Source: Hyalangium minutum
GTDB taxonomy: Bacteria > Myxococcota > Myxococcia > Myxococcales > Myxococcaceae
Direction of reading: 5' to 3'
DNA: 64,000 bases
Assembly (NCBI RefSeq): GCF_000737315.1
Contig: NZ_JMCB01000013.1
Span: 186,001 to 250,000, forward strand
Under the pieces are notes generated by a model that saw nothing but the letters and a program-made list of their open reading frames with translations, was not told where the DNA came from and did not search any database. This document shows, one piece after another, positions 1 through 11,205 of this stretch; positions within the stretch are counted from its first letter, which is position 1, and each line of letters opens with the position of its first letter. The position numbers and the translations under genes were made by a program.

Positions 1-264
1 AAGCGCGAGCCCACCGACATCTACGAGCTGCGCGCCATGGGCACCCCCGTGGGCCCGGATGCCGAGGCCATCCAGGCTTTCGAGGCCGGTGTGGCCTGCT
101 TCCTCGCCCGAGACTTCTCAACCGCTGAGATTCACTTCCGCCAGGTGGTGGCCCTCTGGCCCGAGGACGGGCCCAGCCTCCGCTACCTGGAGGAGATCAA
201 CACCCTGAAGTGGAACCGCCCCGGGCCCGACTGGGACGGGGTGTTCACCGCGACCACGAAGTAG
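1..264 (+). CDS. C-terminal fragment of a class III adenylate/guanylate cyclase with TPR-like tail (5' truncated by window edge)
   Basis: Frame is open from base 1 (KREPTDIYEL...AFEAGVACFLARDFSTA...WDGVF). It has the same C-terminal pattern as the cyclase at 37422-40031 (KPTPIRLHEL...YHQRRFNEA...WDGVY). The catalytic core lies outside the window. Confidence 0.7.
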   Translation, partial: KREPTDIYELRAMGTPVGPDAEAIQAFEAGVACFLARDFSTAEIHFRQVVALWPEDGPSLRYLEEINTLKWNRPGPDWDGVFTATTK

Positions 265-317
265 GCCCCCATCTAAATTTGACCCCGAGGGTGGGGGCTG
301 CTTGACTCGGTCTCCAG

Positions 318-968
318 ATGGGCGCCGAGGAAACCCTCTTTCAACGTTTCGGCAAGGAGTTCGCCAAGGGCACGGTCCTCTTTCAGGAGGGGGAGCCGGG
401 CAAGGACATGTTCGTCCTTCAGTCCGGGAAGATCTCCATCTCCAAGAAGGTCCGTGACGTGGAGAAGGTCCTGGCCTTGTTGGGGCCTGGTGAGTTCTTC
501 GGGGAGATGGCCATCATCTCCAACAAGCCGAGGAACGCCACCGCCACGGTGATGGAGGACGCCAAGCTCCTGGTCATCGACCCGAAGACTTTCGAGGCGA
601 TGATCCGCGGCAACGCCGAGATCGCCGTGCGGATGATCAAGAAGCTGGCCGAGCGCCTGTCCGAGGCGGACGCCCAGATCGAAAACCTGCTCCTGTCCGA
701 TCCGGCCAGCCGCGTGGTGCACCAGGTGCTCCAGGTCTGCCAGACGCGCGGCCGGCCCATGGAAGAGGGCATCGAGGTGGACTTCCCCGTGCGCGAGCTG
801 CCCCGGCTCATCGGCGTGGGCGAGCCGGCCATCCGCCACATGCTGGACCGGCTCGAGCGGGCCGGACTCATCGAGCGCAGTGGTGACAGACTGACCGTGT
901 ATGACACGGCCCGGCTGCACGACTTCCTCCAGTATCTGGAGATGAAGTGGAAGTTCGGAGACCTCTAG
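318..968 (+). CDS. Crp/Fnr-family cyclic-nucleotide-binding regulator
   Basis: cNMP-binding domain with LFQEGEPG and phosphate-binding cassette FFGEMA...PRNATA, followed by a C-terminal winged-helix-like region. Confidence 0.9.
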   Translation: MGAEETLFQRFGKEFAKGTVLFQEGEPGKDMFVLQSGKISISKKVRDVEKVLALLGPGEFFGEMAIISNKPRNATATVMEDAKLLVIDPKTFEAMIRGNAEIAVRMIKKLAERLSEADAQIENLLLSDPASRVVHQVLQVCQTRGRPMEEGIEVDFPVRELPRLIGVGEPAIRHMLDRLERAGLIERSGDRLTVYDTARLHDFLQYLEMKWKFGDL

Positions 969-969
969 G

Positions 970-1725
970 GTGAAGCTGCAAGTCCTCGGCTGTCACGGCG
1001 GCGAACTGCCCTCGTGCCGGACCACATGCTTCCTCGTGGATGACGTGCTCGCGCTGGACGCGGGCGCGCTCACGAGCACGCTCACGCTCGATCAGCTGTG
1101 CAAGGTGGACGACATCCTCGTCGGCCACAGCCACTTCGACCATGTGAAGGATCTGCCCCTGCTGGCGGATCTGGTGATTGGCCGCCGGGACTCGCCCGTC
1201 ACCATTCACGCGTCGCGCGAGTGCGCCAAGGCGCTGCGCGACTACATGTTCAACAACTCGTTGTGGCCGGACTTCACCCGCATCCCCACGCGCAAAGAGC
1301 CGGTGCTCCGCATCAAGACGTTCCGCGCCGGGAGCACCTTCGAGGTCGGCCGCTACACCGTGCAGTCCATCCCCGTGAGCCACCCGGTGGAGTCCTGCGG
1401 CTTCGTCGTCTCCCATGGGGGCTCCTCCCTGGCCATGAGCGGCGACACCGGCCCCACCGACAAGCTGTGGCGGGCGCTCAACCAGGTGAAGAACCTCAAG
1501 GCGCTGCTGGTGGAGACCAGCTTCCCCAACGCGCTCCAGGAACTGGCGGACCTGTCCGGCCACCTCACGCCCAAGACGCTCCAGTCCGAGCTCACCAAGT
1601 TCCACCGCAACGGCGCCGAGGTGCTGCTGTACCACCTCAAGCCCGCCTTCGTGAGCCAGCTCAAGCGCGAGCTGGCAGGACTCCCCGTGGAGATCCTTGA
1701 ACTCGGAGATACCTTCGAGTTCTGA
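970..1725 (+). CDS. Class II (metallo-beta-lactamase fold) 3',5'-cyclic nucleotide phosphodiesterase
   Basis: GTG start 1 bp after the upstream stop. Motifs LGCHGG, LDAG, HSHFDH, SHPV, SGDTGP, LVETSF and YHLKP; context is cyclase plus Crp. Confidence 0.85.
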   Translation: MKLQVLGCHGGELPSCRTTCFLVDDVLALDAGALTSTLTLDQLCKVDDILVGHSHFDHVKDLPLLADLVIGRRDSPVTIHASRECAKALRDYMFNNSLWPDFTRIPTRKEPVLRIKTFRAGSTFEVGRYTVQSIPVSHPVESCGFVVSHGGSSLAMSGDTGPTDKLWRALNQVKNLKALLVETSFPNALQELADLSGHLTPKTLQSELTKFHRNGAEVLLYHLKPAFVSQLKRELAGLPVEILELGDTFEF

Positions 1726-1786
1726 CGGGGTGCGTTGTACCGGAAGGGTTGACGGCCGCCCCCGGCCAGATTAACCCCGCGCCTCC

Positions 1787-2635
1787 ATGGCATGGTTCTC
1801 CAAGAAGCCCCGTATTTCGACGCGTCAGGAGCCCTCTCAGGAGGAGCCCTCTCGCATGCAAGGCCTCTGGGCCAAGTGCGAGAGCTGTGACGAGATCATC
1901 TATCGCCAGGAGCTGGAGAAGAACTGGATGGTGTGCCCGCACTGCGAGCACCACCACCCCTGGACGGCGCGCTCCCGGCTGGCCGGCCTCCTGGACCCCG
2001 ACACCTTCGAGGAGTTCGACAAGGAGCTGGAGCCCCAGGACCCGCTCGGGTTCGCCGACAGCAAGAAGTACAAGGACCGGCTGAAGTCCACCCGCAAGAA
2101 CCTGGGCGAGAACGACGCCTTCATCTCCGGCGTGGGCCGCATCGACGGCCACCAGATCTCCGTGGGCTGCTTCCTGTTCGAGTTCATGGGCGGCTCCATG
2201 GGCTCGGTGGTGGGTGAGAAGGTGACCCGCGTCTTCGAGCGCGCCCACGAGCTCAAGTGCCCGGCGCTGCTGTTCTCCGCCTCGGGCGGCGCGCGCATGC
2301 AGGAGGGCATCTTCTCCCTCATGCAGATGGCCAAGACGTCCGCGGCCATTGCCCGCTTCCGCACCGGCAACAAGCCCTACATTTCCGTACTTCTGCACCC
2401 GACGACGGGCGGCGTGGCGGCCTCGTTCGCGTGGCTGGGGGACATCATCCTGGCCGAGCCCAAGGCGCTCATCGGCTTCGCGGGTCCCCGCGTCATCGAG
2501 CAGACCATCCGCCAGAAGCTCCCCGAGGGCTTCCAGCGCTCCGAGTTCCTCCTGGAGCACGGGATGATTGACGCCATCGTCGCCCGCAAGGACTTGCGGA
2601 CGAAGCTCGGCCAGGTGCTCGGGCTGGTGGGCTGA
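1787..2635 (+). CDS. accD: Acetyl-CoA carboxylase carboxyltransferase beta subunit
   Basis: Zn finger CESC...CPHC, then FMGGSMGSVVGEK, SGGARMQEG, PTTGGVAASFA, GFAGPRVIEQT and FQRSEFLLEHG. Confidence 0.97.
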   Translation: MAWFSKKPRISTRQEPSQEEPSRMQGLWAKCESCDEIIYRQELEKNWMVCPHCEHHHPWTARSRLAGLLDPDTFEEFDKELEPQDPLGFADSKKYKDRLKSTRKNLGENDAFISGVGRIDGHQISVGCFLFEFMGGSMGSVVGEKVTRVFERAHELKCPALLFSASGGARMQEGIFSLMQMAKTSAAIARFRTGNKPYISVLLHPTTGGVAASFAWLGDIILAEPKALIGFAGPRVIEQTIRQKLPEGFQRSEFLLEHGMIDAIVARKDLRTKLGQVLGLVG

Positions 2636-2662
2636 GGCGTTTTCCCGAGGGGGCCCAGCCCC

Positions 2663-2740
2663 CTTGGTGACTGGACTCATCAGCCGATGACTGGAGTCCC
2701 ACGGCACAGGGGCCCCCGGCTGATGACTGGAGTCCCGGGA
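2663..2740. promoter_or_regulatory. Tandem palindromic upstream activator sites (putative bEBP enhancer), array 1
   Basis: CTTGGTGAC-TGGA-CTCATCAGC (2663-2684), GCCGATGAC-TGGA-GTCCCACGG (2683-2704) and GCTGATGAC-TGGA-GTCCCGGGA (2719-2740). The same motif occurs at 5710-5751 and 9925-10013. Confidence 0.75.
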
Positions 2741-2846
2741 AGCCCTCCCGGGAGGTGAACCGGAAGCCCCTCGAAACCGGCGGCTTCCGAGCGTTCCCCT
2801 CTGAAAAGGGCTCCGTCAGGTGGCGACTGTGGGAGGCCGGAGCCGT

Positions 2847-2862
2847 TGGCACACCTCCTGCT
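2847..2862 (+). promoter_or_regulatory. sigma54 (-24/-12) promoter
   Basis: TGGCACACCTCCTGCT has GG and GC separated by exactly 10 nt; it lies about 65 bp upstream of the ATG at 2926. Confidence 0.8.
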
Positions 2863-2925
2863 CTAGCTCATGCACGTCAACTACCCGCTCTCGCCTCCCC
2901 CGAGAGCATGACCCCTGAGGACGCC

Positions 2926-4077
2926 ATGACCACGATCGCCGCCAACGCCCCCCGCATCCAGCGCTCCAACTCTGCTCCCGTCGCCGCCCCCGCGGCCAAG
3001 CCGGAGCTGAGCCGCACCAACAGCGCGCCGGGCAAGCTGCAGACCCCGGCGGCCACGGCGGCCCAGGCTCCCGCGGCTCAGGCCAAGCCCGCTGCCGCCT
3101 CCGGCATCGGCGCGAAGATTGGCGACAGCTTCAGCAAGGCCGGTGGCTCGGTGAAGGGCTGGTACAACGACTCGTCCAACCGCCTCACCACCAGCCACCA
3201 GAACGGCGGCACGGGCGTGGTGGGCCGGGGACTGGCGGGAGCGGGTCTGGCGGGCGGGCTGGCCGGCATCGGCTCCAACGGCAAGGGCCTGGTGGACGCC
3301 ATCAAGAATGGAGAGGGTGGCCACGCCATCGCGGAGAACGCGCTGGGGCTGGGCCGCAGCATCCTGGGCGCGGCCAAGGGCGGGCTGGACACGGCGGCCG
3401 CGTTCACCTCGGCCAAGGACTTCGGCAAGCTGGCCGAGGCGGCCAAGGGCGCGGTGGCGGGCAAGGGCGGAGCGTTCGCGGGCGCCATCGCCAACGCGGC
3501 GGCCGAGGCGGCGCACAAGGGCGGCCCGCTGCGTCACGCGGACGCGATGGCCTCGGTGCTCAAGGAGAAGGGCGGGGTGGGCGGGCTGATGGCCGGAGGG
3601 AAGATGGCGGTGGCGGACCTGCTGCGTCAGGGCGGCTTCGCCGGAGCGGCCGGGAAGATTGAGAAGGGCGTCATCCAGTCGGGGACGAAGGTGGTGGGCA
3701 ACGCGATTGACGCGGCGCAGCTGACCAAGGGCGCTGGCGCGGCCCTCAAGGGGATTGAGGCGGGGGCCAAGGGCGTGGGCACGGCGGCGAAGGTGGCCGG
3801 CCGCTTCGCGCCGGGCCTGAACATCGGCATCGCGGCGCTGGACGCGGGCATCGCCGCGCGCACCTGGGCCGACCCCAAGTCGAGCACGGCGGCGAAGGTG
3901 ACCTCCACCATCACGGCCGCTGGCTCTGCCGCCGCCGCCACCAACATCCCGATCGTCTCGCAGATCGGCGCGGGCATCTCCGCGGTCTCCTCCATCACCG
4001 GCATGGCCATCGAGAACGCCGGGAAGATCAAGGAGGGCTTCAGCAAGCTGGGCGACAAGATCAAGAGCCTCTTCTAA
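2926..4077 (+). CDS. Gly/Ala-rich hypothetical protein; disordered N-terminus, hydrophobic small-residue C-terminal helices (putative pore-forming or translocator-like effector)
   Basis: Strong GC3 codon bias; GAGGA RBS before ATG 2926 (alternative ATG 2908). No Sec signal peptide; hydrophobic segments GLNIGIAALDAGIAA and IPIVSQIGAGISAVSSITGMAI. The function is inferred. Confidence 0.75.
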   Translation: MTTIAANAPRIQRSNSAPVAAPAAKPELSRTNSAPGKLQTPAATAAQAPAAQAKPAAASGIGAKIGDSFSKAGGSVKGWYNDSSNRLTTSHQNGGTGVVGRGLAGAGLAGGLAGIGSNGKGLVDAIKNGEGGHAIAENALGLGRSILGAAKGGLDTAAAFTSAKDFGKLAEAAKGAVAGKGGAFAGAIANAAAEAAHKGGPLRHADAMASVLKEKGGVGGLMAGGKMAVADLLRQGGFAGAAGKIEKGVIQSGTKVVGNAIDAAQLTKGAGAALKGIEAGAKGVGTAAKVAGRFAPGLNIGIAALDAGIAARTWADPKSSTAAKVTSTITAAGSAAAATNIPIVSQIGAGISAVSSITGMAIENAGKIKEGFSKLGDKIKSLF

Positions 4078-4118
4078 TCCCTGTCGTACCTACACCCACC
4101 CTCCAGGAGGAGTTCACC

Positions 4119-4560
4119 ACGAACGCCATGCTCGTTCCCGAGCTGGCTGATGTGAGGTGAGGGCGCCGCAGGTCAAGGCGCTCTCGCTGGAGGGATTGGA
4201 AGCAGCCGAGGACGTTGAGCAGCACTTCCTCTCCGAGCCGGTGGCTTGGAGGCAGGAGGTGCTGCTGCACGTTGCGGGCTTCTCGAGCGGCCGCCTCATC
4301 CCCTTTAGCGCCCGTGAGTCGCTCGTCGGCCACCTGCCCAACGAGATGGCGGTGGTGGACCTCACGCTGCCAGCCAAGCACTCCCGCTCGCTTCGTGGTT
4401 CGGGTGTTGGACGAGGTGGCCGCGTGCACCCAGGTGAAGAGCCCCGCCGGGCTCGTGGACCAGAAGATCCTCGTGCCCAGGAGCGCCAGCGAAGGCGCCT
4501 GGGATGATGAACCGGGCGCAGGTCCGCTTCGAGCGCGCTCAAGCCAAGCCGCTGAATGCA
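4119..4560 (+). pseudogene. Frameshifted gene remnant (unknown function)
   Basis: AGGAGG RBS at 4105-4110. Removing a GTGAG duplication (4152-4161), a CGCT duplication (4385-4392) and one G near 4502 restores one reading frame: MLVPELADVRAPQVKALSLEG...HSRFVVRVLDEV...AWMMNRAQVRFERAQAKPL. The 3' end is approximate. Confidence 0.65.
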
Positions 4561-4590
4561 CCGGGCCGGGAGGCACGCCCGAAGGGCGCC

Positions 4591-4633
4591 AAAAAACAAC
4601 GGACCGGCGGAGCGCTGAGGCTCCACCGGTCCG
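4591..4633 (-). terminator. Rho-independent terminator for the minus-strand gene at 4682-5509
   Basis: Stem CGGACCGG-C-GGAGC / GCTCC-A-CCGGTCCG (4600-4633) with AAAAAACAA on the plus strand (U tract on the minus strand). Confidence 0.75.
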
Positions 4634-4681
4634 CTTGTCTGACAGGTTGGGCTGAGGTTCCGCCGGCAGGGCGCCTGCGGA

Positions 4682-5509
4682 CTAGGAGGACTCGCGGCCG
4701 AAGGTCTCCGCCGCCTTGGAGCCGCCACCGTCGTTGGCGTTCAGCGGCACCGTCAGGGCCGCGTTCGACTGGGCCAGGGCCTCGGCGGAGGTCGCGCCCT
4801 TCGCGTCCTCCACGAGCATCATTCCGCCGCTGTTGTGCTTGAACCAGTTCTGATCCACGGCGTTGGTCAGGTGGTTGAAATCCACCCCGTAGCTGGAGCC
4901 GGTGGCCGGATCCTTCACCGTGTAGTTGCCCTTGTCGTCCTTGCCGTCGACCACCACCCAGTGCGCGCCACCGGTCTTGCTCGGGTCGCTGCCCGGGGTG
5001 ATCTGCGCGGAGTCCACCATGGCCATCAGCTTGCCGCCCTTCTTCAGGGTCTCGTCCACGGTGGTCTGGTCGAACTTGAAGGCCGCCTGGTTCACCTTCA
5101 TGCCCTCGCTGCCCAGCATCTTGGCGAGCTCCTGGGCCGAGGTGCCCTTGCCGTCGGTGAACTGGGACTCGAGCTGCGCCATCCGCTGCTCGGCCGAAAC
5201 CCCCGCCACCTGGCCGCGCGAGCCGGCCGCCATCACCGCCGCCGCAGCGCCACAGTTGGTATCCGTGGTCTGCTGGATCACCGGAGCCGAGCCCGAGGGC
5301 GGCAGGGCATCCGCCGAGAACTTCGCCGACCACTCCTGCTGCTGCGTGGAGGCCTGCTCGAAGCCATCCTGGAAGGAGACCGGGGTGGCCGGGGCCTGGG
5401 GAGCGGTGGGAGCAGCCGCGGGCGTGCTCTGCGGCGCGACGGGTGCGCTGGTGTCCTGACGAAGCTGCTGCAGCGCGCGGAAGATGCTGGACGTGATCGA
5501 AGTGCTCAC
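4682..5509 (-). CDS. Papain-fold C39-like cysteine peptidase with low-complexity N-terminal extension
   Basis: QQTTDTNCGAAA (Gln plus catalytic Cys), HWVVVDG (His) and YTVKDP (Asp). AGGAG RBS before GTG; no signal peptide. Confidence 0.8.
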   Translation of the reverse strand: MSTSITSSIFRALQQLRQDTSAPVAPQSTPAAAPTAPQAPATPVSFQDGFEQASTQQQEWSAKFSADALPPSGSAPVIQQTTDTNCGAAAAVMAAGSRGQVAGVSAEQRMAQLESQFTDGKGTSAQELAKMLGSEGMKVNQAAFKFDQTTVDETLKKGGKLMAMVDSAQITPGSDPSKTGGAHWVVVDGKDDKGNYTVKDPATGSSYGVDFNHLTNAVDQNWFKHNSGGMMLVEDAKGATSAEALAQSNAALTVPLNANDGGGSKAAETFGRESS

Positions 5510-5620
5510 GGTGCTCTCCTGGAGGTAAGGTGCACGGCGGGTGCTGAATTATCGGGAGGAGGCCTCAAAAAGTTTCCTCTTCCCGCATTCCCTGGCTGTC
5601 AGGGCTTGAGGAGTGCCTAT

Positions 5621-5636
5621 ATCAAAAGGTGTGCCA
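5621..5636 (-). promoter_or_regulatory. sigma54-like promoter (variant -12)
   Basis: Minus strand TGGCACACCTTTTGAT: the -24 box shares TGGCACACCT with 2847-2856, but -12 reads GA rather than GC. About 110 bp upstream of the GTG at 5509. Confidence 0.6.
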
Positions 5637-5709
5637 GGGGGGGGTAAGAATTAAAAAGTGGGAGGCCATTGGAAATTCAGGCGCTTGGCTCCCACATGCC
5701 GAGAGCCCC

Positions 5710-5751
5710 CCCGATGACACCACCCATCAGCTGATGACTGCCGTCATCAGC
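5710..5751. promoter_or_regulatory. Tandem palindromic upstream activator sites, array 2
   Basis: CCCGATGAC-ACCA-CCCATCAGC (5710-5731) and the perfect inverted repeat GCTGATGAC-TGCC-GTCATCAGC (5730-5751); 20-bp period as in array 1. Confidence 0.75.
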
Positions 5752-5771
5752 CCGGCTGCCTCGGGAGGCGC

Positions 5772-9895
<4,124 letters not shown>

Positions 9896-9924
9896 CTATC
9901 CCATGGATTCCGCTCGGTGTGCCA

Positions 9925-10013
9925 CCTGGTGACAGGACTCATCACGTGGGGCTGGCGTCACCAGGGCTGCTCCTCGGGGAGCCCAGGGAGCGGCCGGGAC
10001 TGGCGTCATCAGG
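9925..10013. promoter_or_regulatory. Tandem palindromic upstream activator sites, array 3
   Basis: CCTGGTGAC-AGGA-CTCATCACG (9925-9946), ACGTGGGGC-TGGC-GTCACCAGG (9944-9965) and GGCCGGGAC-TGGC-GTCATCAGG (9992-10013). Confidence 0.7.
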
Positions 10014-10042
10014 CCGCCGGGCCTTCCCCAGGGAAACCGGGT

Positions 10043-10058
10043 TGGCACGGCTGATGCT
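10043..10058 (+). promoter_or_regulatory. sigma54 (-24/-12) promoter
   Basis: TGGCACGGCTGATGCT has canonical GG-N10-GC; about 70 bp upstream of the ATG at 10130. Confidence 0.85.
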
Positions 10059-10129
10059 GTAGGGAGAAATGCCAGCAACGAGGCACTCCTCCTCCCCCAA
10101 CCTTCCTCCTTTCTGAAAAGGACCCCGTC

Positions 10130-10999
10130 ATGAACGTCTCCAACCTCCGCCAGAACCCGAGCCTTCAGACCCTGGATTCCTCTTCCTTCCGCCGCGGTGG
10201 TGTCGAGCAGGGCGGCCTCAAGGGCCTCTTCGGCAAGGGTGGCGGGCTGCAGGAGCTCATCAAGGGCACCCAGGACCTGCTGAAGTCGCTCCAGGCGGTC
10301 GAGAAGCTGATGCAGGGCATGAAGACGGGCGGGATGCAGAAGGCCGCCTCGCCGTCGCAGGGGTGCTCGCCGTCTCCGTTCTCGCAGAGCAGCTTCGCTC
10401 CATCCGCGGGCAAGGCGCCCGTGGAGCTCAACCCGAGCGCCAGCGGCCCGAGCAGCATGGGCGGCACGGGCAGCGCGGGTGGCTCGAGCAGCGTGGGCTC
10501 CGGCGCGGGCATCTCGGGTGACGCGAAGCTGGGCGGCGGCTTCCCCTCGGCCTTGGGCCAGTACAAGAACGCCATCGAGTCCGCGGCGGCCAAGACGGGC
10601 GTTCCGGCCTCCATGCTCGCCGCGCAGATCTGGCAGGAGTCCCGCGGCAACCTGGGCGCCACCTCGACCAACGGCGGCAACGGCCTGACGGACACGGGGC
10701 TGATGCAGATGAACCCCAACACCTTCAAGGAGCTGCAGGGCAAGTACCCGGAGCTGCAGGGCAAGAACCTGGCGGATCCGGAGACGAACATCCTGGCCGG
10801 CGCCTACTACATGAAGGACATGAAGGAGCAGTTCGGGAACTGGGATCTGGCGCTGCGCGCGTACAACTCGGGCCCCAACGGCGTGGACCGCAGCAACCCG
10901 AACGCCATCCCCGCGGGCACCGGTGACGCCACCTACGTGCAGAAGGTGAAGCAGTTCGCGGAGACGATCGCCTCGGGCAAGGGCACGCTGCCCGCGTAG
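10130..10999 (+). CDS. SLT-family lytic transglycosylase with Ser/Gly-rich N-terminal extension
   Basis: IWQES (catalytic Glu), GLMQ, NILAGAYY and AYNSG motifs; AAGGA RBS; no signal peptide. Confidence 0.9.
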   Translation: MNVSNLRQNPSLQTLDSSSFRRGGVEQGGLKGLFGKGGGLQELIKGTQDLLKSLQAVEKLMQGMKTGGMQKAASPSQGCSPSPFSQSSFAPSAGKAPVELNPSASGPSSMGGTGSAGGSSSVGSGAGISGDAKLGGGFPSALGQYKNAIESAAAKTGVPASMLAAQIWQESRGNLGATSTNGGNGLTDTGLMQMNPNTFKELQGKYPELQGKNLADPETNILAGAYYMKDMKEQFGNWDLALRAYNSGPNGVDRSNPNAIPAGTGDATYVQKVKQFAETIASGKGTLPA

Positions 11000-11205
11000 T
11001 ACCGCACAGAGAGCGCGGCAAAAAGGCGGGTTCACGTTGCATGAGGATGCCCGATGCCGGGTTCCTCGCAGCGTGGACCCGCTGCCGCATTTCGAGGCTC
11101 ACTCCGGAACGGGGGATTCGCCTGGCTGGACGGCCGCCGGGGGAGCGCCTGCCCTGTGCAAATCCGCCCATCCGGCGCGCTCGGCGCGGTTAGAGTCTGC
11201 GGCCC

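Noticed and set aside
2683-2736. 18-bp near-identical repeats (GCYGATGACTGGAGTCCC) at a 36-bp period as a mini-CRISPR
   Set aside because: Only two copies, a spacer of just 18 bp and no cas genes. They are better explained as members of the enhancer motif family.
2755-2925. 5' extension of the Gly/Ala-rich ORF given in the track
   Set aside because: It runs across the sigma54 promoter; the RBS and codon bias support a start at 2926 (or 2908). Similar trimming was applied to several other ORFs.
5730-5751. Perfect palindrome as the terminator of the EBP gene
   Set aside because: It is 20 bp past the stop but has no U tract, and it matches seven other sites that are not all at gene ends. A dual role cannot be excluded.
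9909-9924. sigma54 promoter for the kinase (TGGCACACCGAGCGGA, minus strand)
   Set aside because: The -12 position reads GG with no TTGC-like context and lies very close to the start codon; not listed as a feature.
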